The notes beneath the pieces were generated by a model, which worked only from the letters and a program-made list of their open reading frames with translations, was not told the DNA's origin and made no database searches. Source: Lama guanicoe (lineage: Eukaryota). Taken from it: a stretch of DNA of 64,000 nt. The position numbers were made by a program, and so were the translations under genes. Position 1 is the stretch's first letter. Each line of letters starts with the position of its first letter. Below, piece by piece: positions 1-14,300 of this stretch. The stretch is taken from contig MU053652.1 of NCBI GenBank assembly GCA_013239625.1, positions 3,399,902 to 3,463,901 on the forward strand, read 5' to 3'.

Positions 1-771
1 TCCTTCCCATAATCAGTTACAATCTAAGCAGAGCCAACAAGCTTGTCAGTTTTGCCACTGCAGGATGTGTTGCCAGATCTAAGCCTGTGTGTCCTCCCCA
101 GATGCCCACCTCCTAGAACAATGTCCACCCTCTGCAGCCTCCCTACCACCCTCATAGGTGCAGCTCTCTGCAAAGCCCCCAGAGCACTTCAAAACCTAGG
201 GGAACATGGCTGCCTGGTAACACCAACTTCAGTGAGTCCTGGGCTGCCTGGTTTATTCATTCCTTCCAGGGGATGGGAACAGGGGAGGGGAGAGCCATAC
301 ATCATAACAGTTATTAGGAACCTGAGCCCCCATGCTAGGGGTAGGATCCTCCACTTGCACCACCCCTCCTCCCCCAGCACTGGCTTAAAGAAGATTTTCC
401 AGAGGGACATGGAGATAGCATGAGGTCCCGGAGGGCCTGAGGGACCTGGAAGGGACTGAAGGCAAAGCTTATCTGGGCTTTGATGCTGAAAGACTCTGTT
501 CCCTTCCTGCAGGGCTGACTATGGGTCAGTGTCTCAGGGCCACCTCTGTAGTTCATGAGCTTGCCTGCTGCCATGAACGCACTTTAGCATTTGGCCACAG
601 TGGCCCAACCACAGGGCTCTGATCTTTTATTTCTCTGATCAGAAAAGACCCCCAGCCTACTGTGTCTATGCAGAGTACTCTCCCACCTCATCCCGTGAGC
701 CCAGCCACATGGGACACTGCAGGGGCACCCCGGGCCCACCAGAATTCTCAGTTAATACCAGGAGACATAAC

Positions 772-876
772 CTTTCTCGCAGTCCAGATTGCTGTGGCCT
801 GTGAGATCCACTCCCGGGAATGGATGCCCGCGTTCAGCCAAATGGCCGGCCGCTGACTGCCTCTCCCAGTACTGAA
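772..876 (-). CDS. CPA4: CPA4 exon 6 (HxxE zinc ligands)
   Basis: [39 protein letters not shown]; 105 nt. Confidence 0.93.
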
Positions 877-3800
877 CTGTAGAAGGAAAAAGAGGCCAGA
901 AAATGACCCTCCTGCCCACCAGCATCTCCTCTCACCTCTCCTCTGCCCAGCTCGTTCCTATTCATTTAATCCATTGAAGATCATTCAGAGACTAAATGTT
1001 CCTGAGGGCACCATCTATTTACCAGGCTTCTCCAAGCTTAATTGGTTGGCTGGTGGGCCCAGCCACAGCTCTGGGTAGTTTGAGCCACTCCAGGGTTAGA
1101 AGCAAATGGGAAGGGGAAACAATTGGTATTGTGAATTATAATGCCAGTGTGATTAGAGATAATATTATGTCTCTTGAAAGACCTCAAATGGTATCCCAAC
1201 AGAGAGACAAAAGTGCATGAACCAGCCTGTTCTAGCTGATGCAATAAATGAAATCCATTTTAAAGTGAGGAACAGAGGGGTTCACTATAGCTCTTTGTAA
1301 ACAGCACGGAATGAATTCTGGCCGCTGCCATTCAGTGTGGGGCCTCCTTGGGTCAGAGCTTCGTGTTAATGAAGCCAGGGTCTCCATCAGTTGCTAAATA
1401 ATCTAAAGTTATGTAGATTACCATACAGCAACCAGCTCAGTGGAACATCTTCTCCCACTGGTAATTTTACCATTGGTATAAAACTGCGATCTTCAGGGCT
1501 TGTGTGGAGCTAAGGGTTTGACAAATTCTAGGCACCATCAGTTGTTCCATGGTTCGTATCTCCAAATTCCTTTTTATTCATTTGGCTGGATTATTTATGT
1601 AATTTATGTCACTGCCATAAATTCTCTACCTCTTTTGCCAATACAGACCTGAAATCTGTTAGAAATATCTGGAAATTAGGCTTTGTGCAGCCAAGGATCA
1701 TAGACCGGGCTTAAAATTACATCAAACCTAAAATTAGCTTCCTAGATTGCTTTTCCAATAAGCACCCCTAAAAAGCAGAATAGAATTTGCCCATTCCAAT
1801 TTGTCTTACTATTAACAGAAGATGGGAATGGAGGCAAAAGACTACAGCCACTTGAGAGCTTTCTGGAACACTAACTGCCTCTCCCCTCTTCTTGATCCTG
1901 CCTTTCAGTCAAAACTTGGAATGGGATGAGCTGCTTCTAACTCCCCACAAATCAGCAGAAGCAGGGGACTCTCTGTTAGACCACACTCGAACCCGGGTAG
2001 ACACCTCCCCACCACACTCCTCCCCTAAGTCAACGAGGTCCTAAAAAGCTGCTTCTTTCAGAGGTGTGAGAGCTGAGTCCTGGACACAGGAGCCAGGAGC
2101 CTGAGACCAGTCAGTCCCTTCAAATTGCATGGGGGTCTCACCTTCAGTACATACATCGACCGGTTTTCAAATGAATGCCCAATCTTCACCCTGCTCACCA
2201 AGCCAGAAAAATCTTGGGCAATGCTGTCCATCTCATGGTAAATCTGAAGCGTGAAAAAGTAAACACAGGAGCGTTTTAAAAATTTGCTCAGCTCCGGGTG
2301 GGTATCTGTGAACTTTGTCTTATTGATTTTCATGATTTCTTCCAGTCCTCTAACCTTGAGGTTGACAATATTATCAGAATGGAATGCTTATTTTTAAGGA
2401 ACTGCCTAAAGAATCCATTACAGTTTTCTAGAGAAAAACACATTTTGTCCACAAAATTATAGTCCATTAAACTAGAGTAGAGAGACTTGTACAGATACTC
2501 CTCCAACAATGTGGCCCTTTGCACCACAGGCTGGATAATCAGCAAGGGCCCATTTAGCCAAGGTTCTTGAAAGCACTGCTCTCCAGTGATCTTTTTTGAT
2601 CACTTTCTCCATCAGTAAAAAAAAAAAAAATCAGGATACACTATGAATATATATAATACCACACAATTATATTATGTACATTATAAAATAAAAAATAGAA
2701 ACAAAAATGTTACATTAATAATAAATACAAATATATGTAGAAATATAAATAGATGTTGCAATAGTTTCTTCCTCCATCCCAGGGGACTATCTTGCTTACA
2801 TCCTGCCATAAGGGTACCCTACTTTGGAGATGATCCCTCTTAAGGCTTTGAGAGAGCAAGTGAAGAGCTGTATAAATCATGACTATGAATGCTTCCATTT
2901 GCTTTCAGTGAAAAAAAAAAGATTTAAGTAGAGTTCATCCATCTTAGTTGTTCAACTTAGTTGAAGGTCAAAAAAAAAGAAATAAACAAATTTATATTTA
3001 GAGCTTAAAATTGAAAGAAGGAGCTTTACAGAGAAGGAAAATGTACAATCAATATAGAATAAAATCAAGCTTAAAGGGTTCGTCAGACTTGCAGCCAATA
3101 TGGCAGATTAAGTAGAAGCAAAAACTACCTCCCAAATATATAGGCAAGCCAGATAAAACACAATGAAAATGATTCCTAGCCAAATTTAAAAGCCAAAAAA
3201 GGAAAAATTGTGAGTGCCAGAAATGAAGAGGGAACCAGCTAGCAGAGGCGAGGGCAGAAGATGAAGTCCCAGCACCAGATATCTGTCTTAGGTGCTGAGG
3301 GTTTACAGCAACCAGGAACTGGAGTAGAGGGCTTTGGACCCAGTGTAGTAGGGCCAGGAGCTAGAAACTGAGAGCTGGGCACTGGTCATTCTGGCCATGA
3401 AAAGAGCCTGGAAACTACCCACCGTCCCTAGAAAGTCAAGCAAAAGCCAGATGCTTGCCCTGAACCAAGAGAGGAAAGAAAGTCACCCAAGAAAATTTAA
3501 AACACCAAGCTGTGTCCAGACGGGGGTCCAAATTTACACTGCCAACATCAGGGGGAAACTCACCCACGAAACTAACAAAAATAATGGCTACCACAACAAC
3601 ACACACAAAGGATCTGAAACCAGAAACCCTGGCAGAAACAAACATGATCCCTCTAGAGGTCTAAGAAGGCCTAAGTGGTTGTATGAGATGAGCTCTTAAA
3701 AGCTGTTTTTAGAAAGAACTGAGTATGATCAAGTCAGGAGGGAGATGGTGCACCAATCCACAGCAAAAGGCAGTGAATGAAAGATGGCCGTAAGCCAAAT

Positions 3801-6800
3801 GACAATGGCACCTAAAGCCAGAGAACAAAAGTGAGTGGATGAGAAAGTGAGACTCCCACAGCAGGCAGGGGAGGGGATGGAGTTTCCAGAGTGTTGGGTG
3901 ACATTTGCAACTAGTTGCCTCAGCTAGGGAGCACCCCAATGTTAATGAGGCTAATGTCATGGGTTGATCCCTGTGTGGGCCCTGAGCTCTGCTTTCGTCC
4001 ATGGCCCTGGACTGAACTCCTAACTTCTTCCAGCTGGTTTGCAGATGTATGTCATCGGTCACAAGCGGGATCAAGGGGCAATGCGGTTGGAAGTGTACAC
4101 AATAAACAAAGCTACTGACAATCCTGGGAAATAAGTGGAAATAGCTGGTCAAGCTCTGAAAAAATCCCTCATCTAGAAGAAAAATAATTCAAAGTATATG
4201 CCTCATGAAAAGTATGCCAGGAACTCTATCTTTGAATATAAAGAAGAGCATGTATTCAGCTATAGGAAGGAGAATACCAGTTTAGATGTGGGGTGTGTTC
4301 CTGAGCTAGTAGAGTTTCCAGACTAAGGAAGAAGACATTGAGGGACATAAAAAGACCGTGTAGTACGTGATGCAGTTCCATTCCAGTCCCTCTTGGTGCC
4401 TCAAATTCCTATTCCATATTAAATTATTCTGCTTCAAGTTTTTCATTTGAAGGGTTGGCTTACCTTGAAAGTCAGTCATCTATGTAAGCGATTTCTAACT
4501 AAACACAGCACCAAAATGCATTATGGAGTAAGTATATAAGTAGTAATGATAAATGAGTGGAAATATTTGGTTAACCTTGGAAATAATCACTTGTCTAGTT
4601 GCCTGAAATAAGTAACATTTTAATCTGGGTGAATAAAATACAGGGATTATGGTGGGGTACAAGAAGGTTGAATTACAAGGACTGTAAATGATTATAATTA
4701 TTTCATGGTTCTCTTTGAGGGGTTGCTTAAGAAAAGAGGGATGCACGTGGGAGAAAATGTTCAGTTTGTGTTTCACTATGCTCTTAAGTGCTGGTGGGAG
4801 ATAAACAACCCAAGAATTAGAAAAGAACTGAAGTATACACATTTTAGCCCCTCACTGTAGGGGTACTATGCTAAGGACTAACACCTCCTGGAAGTAAGGA
4901 TACGGGTTACAAAACCCAAGAGGCCAATGACTTTGATCTTAACCTGCTCTATAATACTTACAGCTTCCAGAGAATGGTAGGCCCCATAGTTGAAGTTATT
5001 ACTGTTCCGTTCTTGACCTTCATTGTGTTGCCTTTCTTTCTCTTCATTATCTAAAAGGGCCTAAAACAGACACGGCAACATTATGAAGTGATCTGCTGTT
5101 CCCACCACATTTTGGGACATGGGCTGGCCAAGATGGCAGCACCCTTGGCACACATATCAAGAAGCACAAATGTCAAGGTATAAAAGGGGGTCAGACTTCT
5201 TCCACAAATCTATAAAATCTTTCTTCTTAGAGCCCAATGTACATCACCCCATTCAAAACCCACTTACTCACTGGAAGCAACGTATGTGCTATTTGGTTAT
5301 TCTTTTACTACAAATTCTCTAGACATCAGTCTGCATCTGGTATCCAGTGCCTCTGAAATACACAGCTTGGGAAACCATTCAGAAACAAAGAAATTCTTAT
5401 AACCACTCATACTTTGAAGGTTCCTGGCAGATGTCTGTGACATGTGAGGATGATTAATAAGCTCACAGCTGCTCACGCCATCAGGAAACTCCCAGGCCAA
5501 ATCACCAATTAGTCCATAACCCACCTCAGTGAAGGAGAGAACATGAGCCAGACACTGTCCTGCTGTTCAGATATAGGTTTTGAGGCTGGAGTCTGGTTGG
5601 GAAATGATGTTCCCTCTGCTGGGAGCTGTTGGTGACATTCCCCCTTTCTCCAAGGATGCTTTTTATGATTGGTCTTCAGTATCTCCCCCCTGGCACCCCA
5701 CCCCCTTCCAACCACCACACGTTCTCTTATTCCCTCCTGACTTCAAATAAGAAAAGAGAGAGAGATACTTGTGGGGTACCTATAACATACCAGGCACTGC
5801 TAGATATTTTATGTAAATTTAATCACTTAATCTTCTCAATAAATCATATGATATAAATACAACTATTACCATTTTACTGATGAAGAAACAGAGTCTCAAG
5901 AGGTTAAAAGATGATCCAAAGTCACACAGCTAGTAGTTAGCAAAATCAGGATTTGGATCCAGATCTGTCTGGATCAACGTACACATGCGTGTTCTAGTAC
6001 AACATGTTCCTCGAACAAGCTGCTACACTTTACCTCCATATACCTCCATGTCTTAATCTGTTAAATGCAGAAGGGTAAGACCAAAACTTGAAAACATCTA
6101 AGGTCCACTCTGGCTGCTTGTTCCCATGCAAGACCAGTGAGGAACCTGGGCCTACCTGCAGGTCTTCAATAGTCACTGAGTACTCTAAGAGCTGGGACTT
6201 CAGGAAGGCTCTGACTGGCTGAAGACTGACAGAAGGGACGAGGACATCCACAGGATGACCAAAAGTAGAGGGAGATTTCCAGAAGCTGAGCTGAAGAGAA
6301 AAGAAATAAAACCAGGTTAAAGGACAGTTCAGGTAAAAGGCACAATGAATTCATTCTTCTAGGACAACTGAAAAGAGCCTGGGTGATCCCTGAGGGGCTG
6401 GTTTCTGCCCAAGGACAAACTTCAGCCACTTCACAATCATATCTGGTCAGGCCTGCCCAGCAGGCAACACTTGGCCAAACCCAAAAAGTAATAGTCAATG
6501 GATAGAAAGATGGAAAGATGGTGCCCACTGCTGAGGCCTCCCATCTCCCTCGCAGCACTGCCAGGATCTACAGCACTCTCCAGGACCAACCTCTCAGCAG
6601 TGTAAAGGCATGTTGACTAATACAGAATCATACACAGAAACTCTTCAGGAATAACAATGCCAGTTCTGCAAGAGTCTTCTCTCACCAAAGTTAACTGATA
6701 CCCAAGAGGACTAAGGAGAACTGGGTACCTTAAAGTTGTTTGAATTCACTAGCTGACTTATTTTGCTGATCTCATCTCCATTTCTGACGTTAATCCTGAA

Positions 6801-9800
6801 AACTTGGTCCCTGGAGGGAAAAAAAAAAAGCAAAAGATAATGGTGAGCTTTCAGCTGGCAAATAAACCCCAGGCCTACTATCCCAGACATAACCGGGCCA
6901 AATAAGAGGAAATGGTCTAGTCTTTGGTTATAATGTATAGCCATTAAAAATAAGACTACGTGGCAAATATGAAAAAGTGCTTATGGTATAACTTTAAGGG
7001 AAATATTAAGTGAAAGAGCAGGACACAAAATTGTATGTATGCCATGATTGCAAGTATGGAAAAAGCAGATGCATTGGAAGAAAAACAGACAACGGAAATA
7101 TAGCAAATGCTGACAGTGCTTATGTTCGGGTCATGGGATTATGGATGACTTACTTTTTTCCCTTTGTATCTGTTTTCTGTAATGTGGTCATATTACTTTA
7201 TAATGAAAAACATATATATTTTGCAGAAAGGAATGTTCCTGAGTTACACGCAAAGCTAACTCAAGGCATAAAGAAGCACTTCTTCACTGTCAGGGTCTAG
7301 GACTGAAACTCTGGCTGAATGTCCGTGCTGGAAAGAGCTAGAAAAGAGAACAGACCTTCCATCCTTGGAGGGTTAGCTATTTTTCCTCTTGGCAAAGAGG
7401 GGAGAGGCTGGGTGCTCTCTCAGCCCCTTCCAGTTCCAGAACCTTATACCAATGCGTGGTGCTGGGGCTGAACTTGGGATTCATCCCCTCAAGGGGGCCC
7501 TGATAGGGCCTAGAAGGGAGCCGGCCAGTCCCGAGCCCCCCTGTACTGCTCCTCCTGCACTTGTTTCCTATACACCATTTAACTCCTGCAGCAGCAGCAG
7601 GGGTAGAGGCCCCCAACGTCCTGTGTGTGGGTGGGAGAAGGCCGAGCCTGAAAAGCTGCCTTTGTGCTCTCAGCCGACTCAGAAAGCCAGGGGAGCCATT
7701 AGGCCGTTGCTAGGTGACGGCCCAAATGAATCCGCACTCGACGCTGTCACATGCGTCATCCCTTTGACACAAATGAATGCGGGAAGAGCTGCTGGAGAGG
7801 GCTGTGGGCTGAAGGACCTGTTGACGGAGAAAATGGTTCTGTCACAGGGAGCTAAACGTGCAGCCTCACGTGGCAGATCAGCATCTCCTCATCAGAAAAC
7901 CGGCTCACTCTGGACTCTCGGGGTTTAACTTTGTTCTGGGAGCTTCAAAGGATCTCAAGGGGTTTAGCCCAGCCCCAAGGAGGCAAGGTCCACTCTAGAG
8001 CTGCTTCTGTTACAGGTGGCAGGTCTGGAGGAAATGCCAGTACCAAAGCTTCACTTTCTTCCAACTAATCTGGTCTCCGAGGGTCCTAGGAGGTGAGCAT
8101 CTAACTGCATTCCATGGGAGCTGCTGAGGCCACAGGGGAGAAGCCACTGGCTGGGCAGGTCTCAGTCTAGATCCAACAGGTTTGCTAAGAGTTGGACAGT
8201 AGCCCTGGGAAGACAGGGAGTCAAACCACAATTTCCCTGATACAGGCAAGCAGCCTTACAAAAAAGGAACTGGTTTAGAACAGAAGGGAAATCCTTCCCC
8301 TTGGCTGACTACCAGGACCCACTATGAGGACTCAAGCTCTGTCACAACCTGCCCTCAATACTCCAGAAAAAGGGGTGTATTTTTAAAAATGAGTGTTTTA
8401 GAAAGTGCCTGTGCACTGACATTTCTGTTGAAAAATGAGGTATCTGTAAAATACAGAACTGACTAGAGTAATCACAAAGGAAAAGAGGAGGTAGCAGGAA
8501 CAGGAAGAGAAACAAAGAGGAACTTAAGAATAAGGAGCTCTTAAGAGTATGAAAATCATATTACACATTCACCCACAGAATGTGTTTTAATTCTCCCAAA
8601 GTGGTAACTTCACAACAGAACTTTCATACTCCTGGGTACAGTCCATGACAACAGAACACAGTGAGTCTAACTGGCCCTGACAATGATTAAACCCACAGCC
8701 CATTTCATTATGTCCTAATTTAGCCCAGCTCCAAAGGATAAAGACACATCTGTAGTGTGCAGAGAGGTAAGGTGGAAGGGCTGCTGCAGAACAGAGTCTT
8801 ACCCCATCTGTCTCTCCTTCACCTCTCCCTCCTATACACTCTTGGTTCCAGCCTTAAACCCAAAATTCACCATGGACTTCACCCTTCTTTGCCTTTGCAC
8901 ATGCTGTTCCCACTACTGGATGTCCAGCCCTTTTCCTTACCTGCCTAACCAATCTCCCACCCCGGCTTTAGGACCAACTTTCATCACTCATGAGGTTTTC
9001 TCCAACCAGAGTTGGCAAAGTTAGAGACAGTTTTCAGATAAAGCTAAAAGTAGTTGGGGGGTGGCAGGAGGGGGATCTAACATTATTCTCATGAGTGTAA
9101 GTCCATCAACACCTAGAAGAGAGAACATACACAGGTGCAGGGAGAAGGGCAGCCTTTCTCTTGCCCTCATTGTCCTTGTCTCTATTTGGAAAATGCCCTC
9201 CAAAGAGTGTGAGTGACTGAACACAACCTATCTCTACCATATGGAAATCCATTCAAAGACCTTAATTTAAGCTCTTTCTGAAGATGGAAGATTGGCCTGG
9301 GAAGAAGGATATGCTAGGGTTTGTAGGTTTCCATGTCACCCCTCCTAGTCCACACAGGTAGGTGTTCCTACAGCTCTTCTTAACTCTGGTCTTCTCCAAT
9401 ACCCAGGGCTGGCCAGCTGCTTCCCAACACAATGGCTGGTGATCTGCTCTCACTCACTCTCACGTTCATCCCATGTTCTAGACAGTCAATAGTCATCTTG
9501 TTGCTGAGCTCCTATCCCACCCCCTTTTGCCATGCGGGCATCCAAGTGCCTGTTCTTTGTACCTTTCTCACCTGCATCCCAGCCAGGTTTAGAAGTACCA
9601 CAAAAGATGATGTCACAGAACTCTTAAATGCCTACTGGTTGCTGCTGATGCTACAACCAGTTCTGCAACTACTTCTTGTTCTCTGCTTGTCCTGCACCTT
9701 TAGGCATCCTGGCCACCATCCCATCCTTAAGATGAGTAAAGACTGGGACAGATGACATCAGCCTAGTGAGAGAGACTGGGGAGGCAGATGAGTAGGTGGA

Positions 9801-11448
9801 AGGAACGGACTGGGGGTGGGGCAGAGAAACCACCATCATCATCTCAGTCAGCACCGTACCCACTCTCCAGGCCGACCTGCATCCTGGCTTCCCAACCACT
9901 TGAATGCTCAAAGGCCAGCTTCCCCTTGTTGTAAATGTTCACCAAGCTGGGTGTCAAGGACATGACTATGGACCTCCGGAGGAATTCCACCACCTTTGCT
10001 GGGCTCCCTATTATGAGGTGAGAACAGGTGTGGGGGTAGGGATGACACAATTGGTTAAAACCATCTATAATTAGCTCAGGTATATAGTGCTTTCTGTGCA
10101 AGCTCCTATGGTGAGCACTTCAGAGTCCAGCCCACCTGTCTCAACCCGGGTGTCAGCCACATTATAAGAGAAGTCTATATCTTGAGAAATAAAGATTTTT
10201 CAGCCACGTAAATAGCTACAGTGGGAGCCGGACAGCTCCATGCATCAGCCCACACAGCAGCAAGTGTAGTTATTACACAACTATTGCTAAGTTGCCTGTG
10301 GAAAATTCTCCTTCCCTGACCACCTGCTATGCCTATGTCCTCTGAGATATTTGGCAGCAGAGACCAGGTGTGAACAGAAGTCATCACCATAAAAATTACT
10401 CAATCACATATAAGTAATTATCTCAATAAACAATCCCAAAGTCCCTTTAGCCAGATAGTATAATGGAGAGTAAACTAACAGATATAGATAGATCAATGAG
10501 ATATAGGAGTCTACCTGGAGATTAACATGTTTTACAGCAAAAGTGTATGGGTTTTACATTAGAGCTTCAATTCCCCTGCTTATCAGCTAAGTGGCCTTGG
10601 GCAGATTCCTTAGCCTTTCTAAGGCTGAGTTTTTTCATGTTTAAATTGAGGAAAATAACACCCCTGCCTGGCAGAGTTGTTGTGTGATCCAAAAGATAAT
10701 GTACATAAAAGCTCTTTGCAAATGGCAAAGCATTATGCAGTAATGAGTTACTAGAATTCAACCTTTTAGCACAGTAGCATGGCATACTTTCAGCTCTCCC
10801 ACCTCCAAATGTCCTCTCCTTTGCAAACCCCAAAGCATTCTGTGTGGAGCATGTGTATAGGTGTATCCATGCATGTCAATTTTCATAGCCGTGGCTAGAA
10901 AAGACCTATCAAATCTCCATGTGCCAGATGCTGACAAGAAAGCTCCGCTCCACTAAACCTTCACCATTAACAGAGAGGTAAAGCCAAATAGCCTATGACC
11001 CAGGCTTTCCCTTAAGTGTGGCAGAAATTAGAAACAATTTCTGGTAATTCTTAGTAATTCATAATATAGGAGTAAGAAAGCAGGAGATGTCTCGAACTGA
11101 CCTTACAAATAAGAACTAGGAAGGAAAAGAATTGGCAAGAGATTAGGGAGCTGGGGAGGGACTGTGGGGACTACTTAGTCCTGATATCTCAGATAAAACT
11201 GAGCCTGAGAGAGAACTGGTCCAAGATGACAAAGAGGCAGAGCTGGGACAGGAGACCAGGTCTTCTATCCTAATGCCATTCTGCTTGAGGTATAATCAGC
11301 CATTCATTTCCAAATCCATTTTGTTCCCATCTCTCTGAACTAACCAAGTAAAAATAATACCAAGTCCAAAAAGAACTTACCCAAAACACTTTTCTCGGCC
11401 ACTGATGCCAGACCCAATAAGGGCCCCAAAGAACAGTATCCACTTCAT
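772..11448 (-). CDS. CPA4: Carboxypeptidase A4, coding exons 1-6 (3' part outside the window)
   Basis: Six GT-AG exons of 68/82/135/99/102/105 nt splice in frame: [14 protein letters not shown]...[14 protein letters not shown]...LSFWKSPS...[21 protein letters not shown]...[13 protein letters not shown]. This matches CPA4 and includes the HxxE zinc motif. Confidence 0.95.
2142..2243 (-). CDS. CPA4: CPA4 exon 5
   Basis: [38 protein letters not shown]; 102 nt. Confidence 0.93.
4962..5060 (-). CDS. CPA4: CPA4 exon 4
   Basis: [37 protein letters not shown]; 99 nt. Confidence 0.93.
6156..6290 (-). CDS. CPA4: CPA4 exon 3
   Basis: [49 protein letters not shown]; 135 nt. Confidence 0.93.
6729..6810 (-). 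CDS. CPA4: CPA4 exon 2
   Basis: CAG acceptor; [29 protein letters not shown] donor; 82 nt. Confidence 0.93.
11381..11448 (-). CDS. CPA4: CPA4 exon 1 (signal peptide)
   Basis: ATG at 11448; [22 protein letters not shown](G); donor GTAAGT. Confidence 0.93.
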
Positions 11449-11476
11449 GTCCCAAGGGTTTCAGTCACACAGTGGC

Positions 11477-11496
11477 TGAGTCAAGCTGTATTTATA
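11477..11496 (-). promoter_or_regulatory. CPA4 core promoter: TATA box and AP-1 site
   Basis: TATAAATA on the minus strand at 11489-11496, about 45 nt upstream of the ATG; TGAGTCA at 11477-11483. Confidence 0.65.
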
Positions 11497-11814
11497 AGAA
11501 GCCCGAGGCAGACTCATGTCCTCAAAAATGTTAATGTGATTCCCAAGCACCCTTGCAACTCTGACAGTACATCAGGTGGGCCCCTACCAGTGCCTCTTCC
11601 ATTCCTTTTGGGTGATAAAGGCCATGCCTCTTGATTTACATGGTCAGACATTTGCTCCTCAAGCTGGAAAAGTCTGTGCTAAGGGTGCCATATTGCTCTG
11701 CACTTGGTATTTTAACAGTTTTTTTTTTTGAGTAAATAGTAAAGTCCCATAGTGCTGGATAGAATTTATACAGCTAGAGAGGCCAGACTGTAAATCAAAG
11801 ATGAAGTTACTTCG

Positions 11815-11860
11815 AGAGAGAGAGAGAGGAAAAAGAAAGAAAGAAAGAAAGAAAGAAGGA

Positions 11861-11895
<35 letters not shown>

Positions 11896-12173
11896 GAAGG
11901 AAGGAAGGAAGGAAGGAAGGAAGGAAGGAAGGAAGAGAGAGAGAGAGGAAGGAAGAGAGAGAGGAAGAAAGGAAGAAAGAGAAAAAGGAAGGAAGAGAGA
12001 GAAAGGAAGAGAGAGGAAGAAAGAGAGAGAGGGAGAGAAAGAAAGAAAGAGAGAGAGAGGGAGAGAAAGAAAGAGAGGAAGGAAGATAGGAAAGAAGGAA
12101 GGAAGGAAGGGAGGAAAGAAGGAAGGAAGGAAGGGGAAAAGGGTGGAAGGAAGGAAGGAAGGGAGGAAGAAAA
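11815..12173. repeat. Purine-rich compound microsatellite (GA)n/(GAAA)n/(GGAA)n
   Basis: About 360 nt of almost pure A/G on the plus strand. Confidence 0.95.
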
Positions 12174-12452
12174 ACAGATTCAAAGAAACCCCAAGCCAAC
12201 TCCAAGGCCACACACATCACACAGTTGACAAATTCTGCCAGAGAAGTTCACCAGAGCAGATCATAATGATGAGAGTTTGTGGCTTCTGTTAGGAATCTGA
12301 CACCTAACTCTTATAACTCCACTAAAAAAAAGTAGAAATATATGACGTAAGTTGTATAGGAGGGATGTGTTAGTCTGAATAAATTACCAGTTTTCCTTGG
12401 AATCTGAGCTAAAAGTAAGGCTTAATGGTATTATTAATAAAAAGACTTTCTT

Positions 12453-12840
12453 GAGAAAGAAAAGTACCATACCATATGATATCATATGATACGTGGAATC
12501 TGAAAAAAAGACGAACTTATTTACAAAACAGAAACGGACTCACAAACATAGAAAACAAACTTATGGTTACCAGGGGAGGAAGGTGATGAGAAGGGACAAA
12601 TTAGGAGTTTGAGATTTGCAGATACTAACTAATATATATAAAATAGATAAACAAGAAGTTTATACTGTATAGCAGAGGGAATTATATTCAATATCTTGTA
12701 GAAACTTATGGTGAAAAAGAATATGAAAATGAATATATCTATGTTCACACATGACTAAAGCATTATGCTGTACATCAGAAATTGACACAAAATTGTAAAC
12801 TGACTATACATCTATAAAATATATATACACCAAAAACATG
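12453..12840 (+). mobile_element. 5'-truncated LINE-1 3' end
   Basis: L1 3'UTR-like text (gaaaacaaacttatggttacc...gggaattatattcaatatctt); flanking direct repeat agactttctt at 12443-12452 and 12841-12850. Confidence 0.8.
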
Positions 12841-13024
12841 AGACTTTCTTATATTTCCTAGACTCTGAGTCTGGTGTCCTTCCCACCAAGTCACAGTAGA
12901 ACAACTGGAAGACACTCATGACCTCCGTGACTTCTTCAAGGACTCTGGGACATTTCAGTCTGTCCCAGGAACCTCAAATCCTGCAACTCTCCCCCACTTC
13001 CTGCAACTCTCCCCCACCTCCCTG

Positions 13025-13414
13025 TCCTCACAATCTGTATTCTTTCTGCACTTGGATACAACCAAGATTACTGCAATAGAAATCATACAATAGGAGAGAA
13101 TAATTATGTTCAACTTGGAATATAGTAAAGTCAGCAGAGCAAGGAAGTTGGTGGATTGAAAATTGCTACAAGGGGTCTTCAAGGGTAGTTGGGATTCTTG
13201 TTTAACTGGCCTAACAGGATTCTTGCTAAACAAAGGCAAAGCAAGGACTTAGACATTAATGGTGGAAGATAAAAAACTTGATCAGATCAAGGATTGGGGG
13301 ATGACTCAGCAGGATTCTTTTGCTAAGACTAACTTAGGGCCTAAGGACAAGACTTAGTAGAAAAGAGGGCTCAGAGAAGCCTGCCTAAAGTTTGGTCAAG
13401 AAGAATCTTTGTCA
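13025..13414 (-). mobile_element. ERV1-type solo LTR (MER31/MER67-like)
   Basis: Minus strand begins TGACAAAGATTCTTCTTGACCAAACTTTAG; similar to the element at 51.6-52.0 kb; family assigned from memory. Confidence 0.6.
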
Positions 13415-13954
13415 GGACTTGTGGAGCTGGGGGCCTCCATCAGGGCTCTTTTGTCCTTCCAATACAAACTGAACTCCTAGGCCCACTCTGGTCCATCACA
13501 AAGGATGGACTCTATTTCATTAAGATAGATTTCAGCTTTGAAATTAGTAACAAGAGAAGCTGAGACCTGAATCTACAAGAAATGTGAACTAAAGAATCAA
13601 GTACCCAGAATTCTAGGCAAGTTGAAATTCACCCAACACCCTTTTCTCCCAGGGAAAGCCATCAACATGAAGAAAATCTAAATCCCTAATGGAAATAAAT
13701 ATCTAAAGATAAACTATATGGAATCTTGAGACCCAGACTTGGGGCAACAAGGAGGAAGGAGTGTCATTGGTCTGGCTCTCCACTAGTTCTTATAATGCAG
13801 CATACCAGAAATGGAAAAGCAAAAGACAGCAATGGAACCAGAGGATACAGCACCTAGCATGATGCTTGGCACAATGAAATTGCTTAATTAGTATTTACTG
13901 AATAAATAAACTCAAAAGTCCCTTTCTAGCTCTCAAATGCTACTCTATTAAGAT

Positions 13955-14300
13955 GAAGGAGCTGACACATGCCACAACACGGGTGAATCTTGAAAACATT
14001 ATGCTAAGTGAAATAAGCCAGTCATAAAAGGACAAATACTGAATGATTCCATTTACACGAGATACTTAGAATAGGCAAATTCATAGAGACAAAAGTAGAA
14101 CAAAGATTACCAGGGGCTGGAGAGAGGGAGAACAGGGAGTTATTGCTTAATGGGTACAGAGTTCAGTTTGGATGATGGAAAATTTCTGGAGATGGATACT
14201 GGAAATGATTGCACAACACTGTGAATGTACACTCAAAATGGTTAAAATGTAAACTTCATGATATGTGTATTTTACCACGATTTTTTTTTATTTTTAAAGG
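13955..14300 (+). mobile_element. Old L1M (L1MB-like) 3' fragment
   Basis: gaatcttgaaaacattatgctaagtgaaataagccagtca...ttaccaggggctgg... Confidence 0.75.

Noticed and set aside
7389..7928. 179-aa ORF antisense in CPA4 intron 1
   Set aside because: Non-ATG start, GC-rich intron sequence, and no recognisable domain or splice structure.
11659..12292. Long low-complexity ORFs (184, 163 and 137 aa)
   Set aside because: They are translations of the purine microsatellite.
12981..13019. Short tandem duplications (also at 25491, 33481, 42001, 44020 and 49174)
   Set aside because: Ordinary two-copy slippage duplications; no spacer-repeat or CRISPR-like structure.
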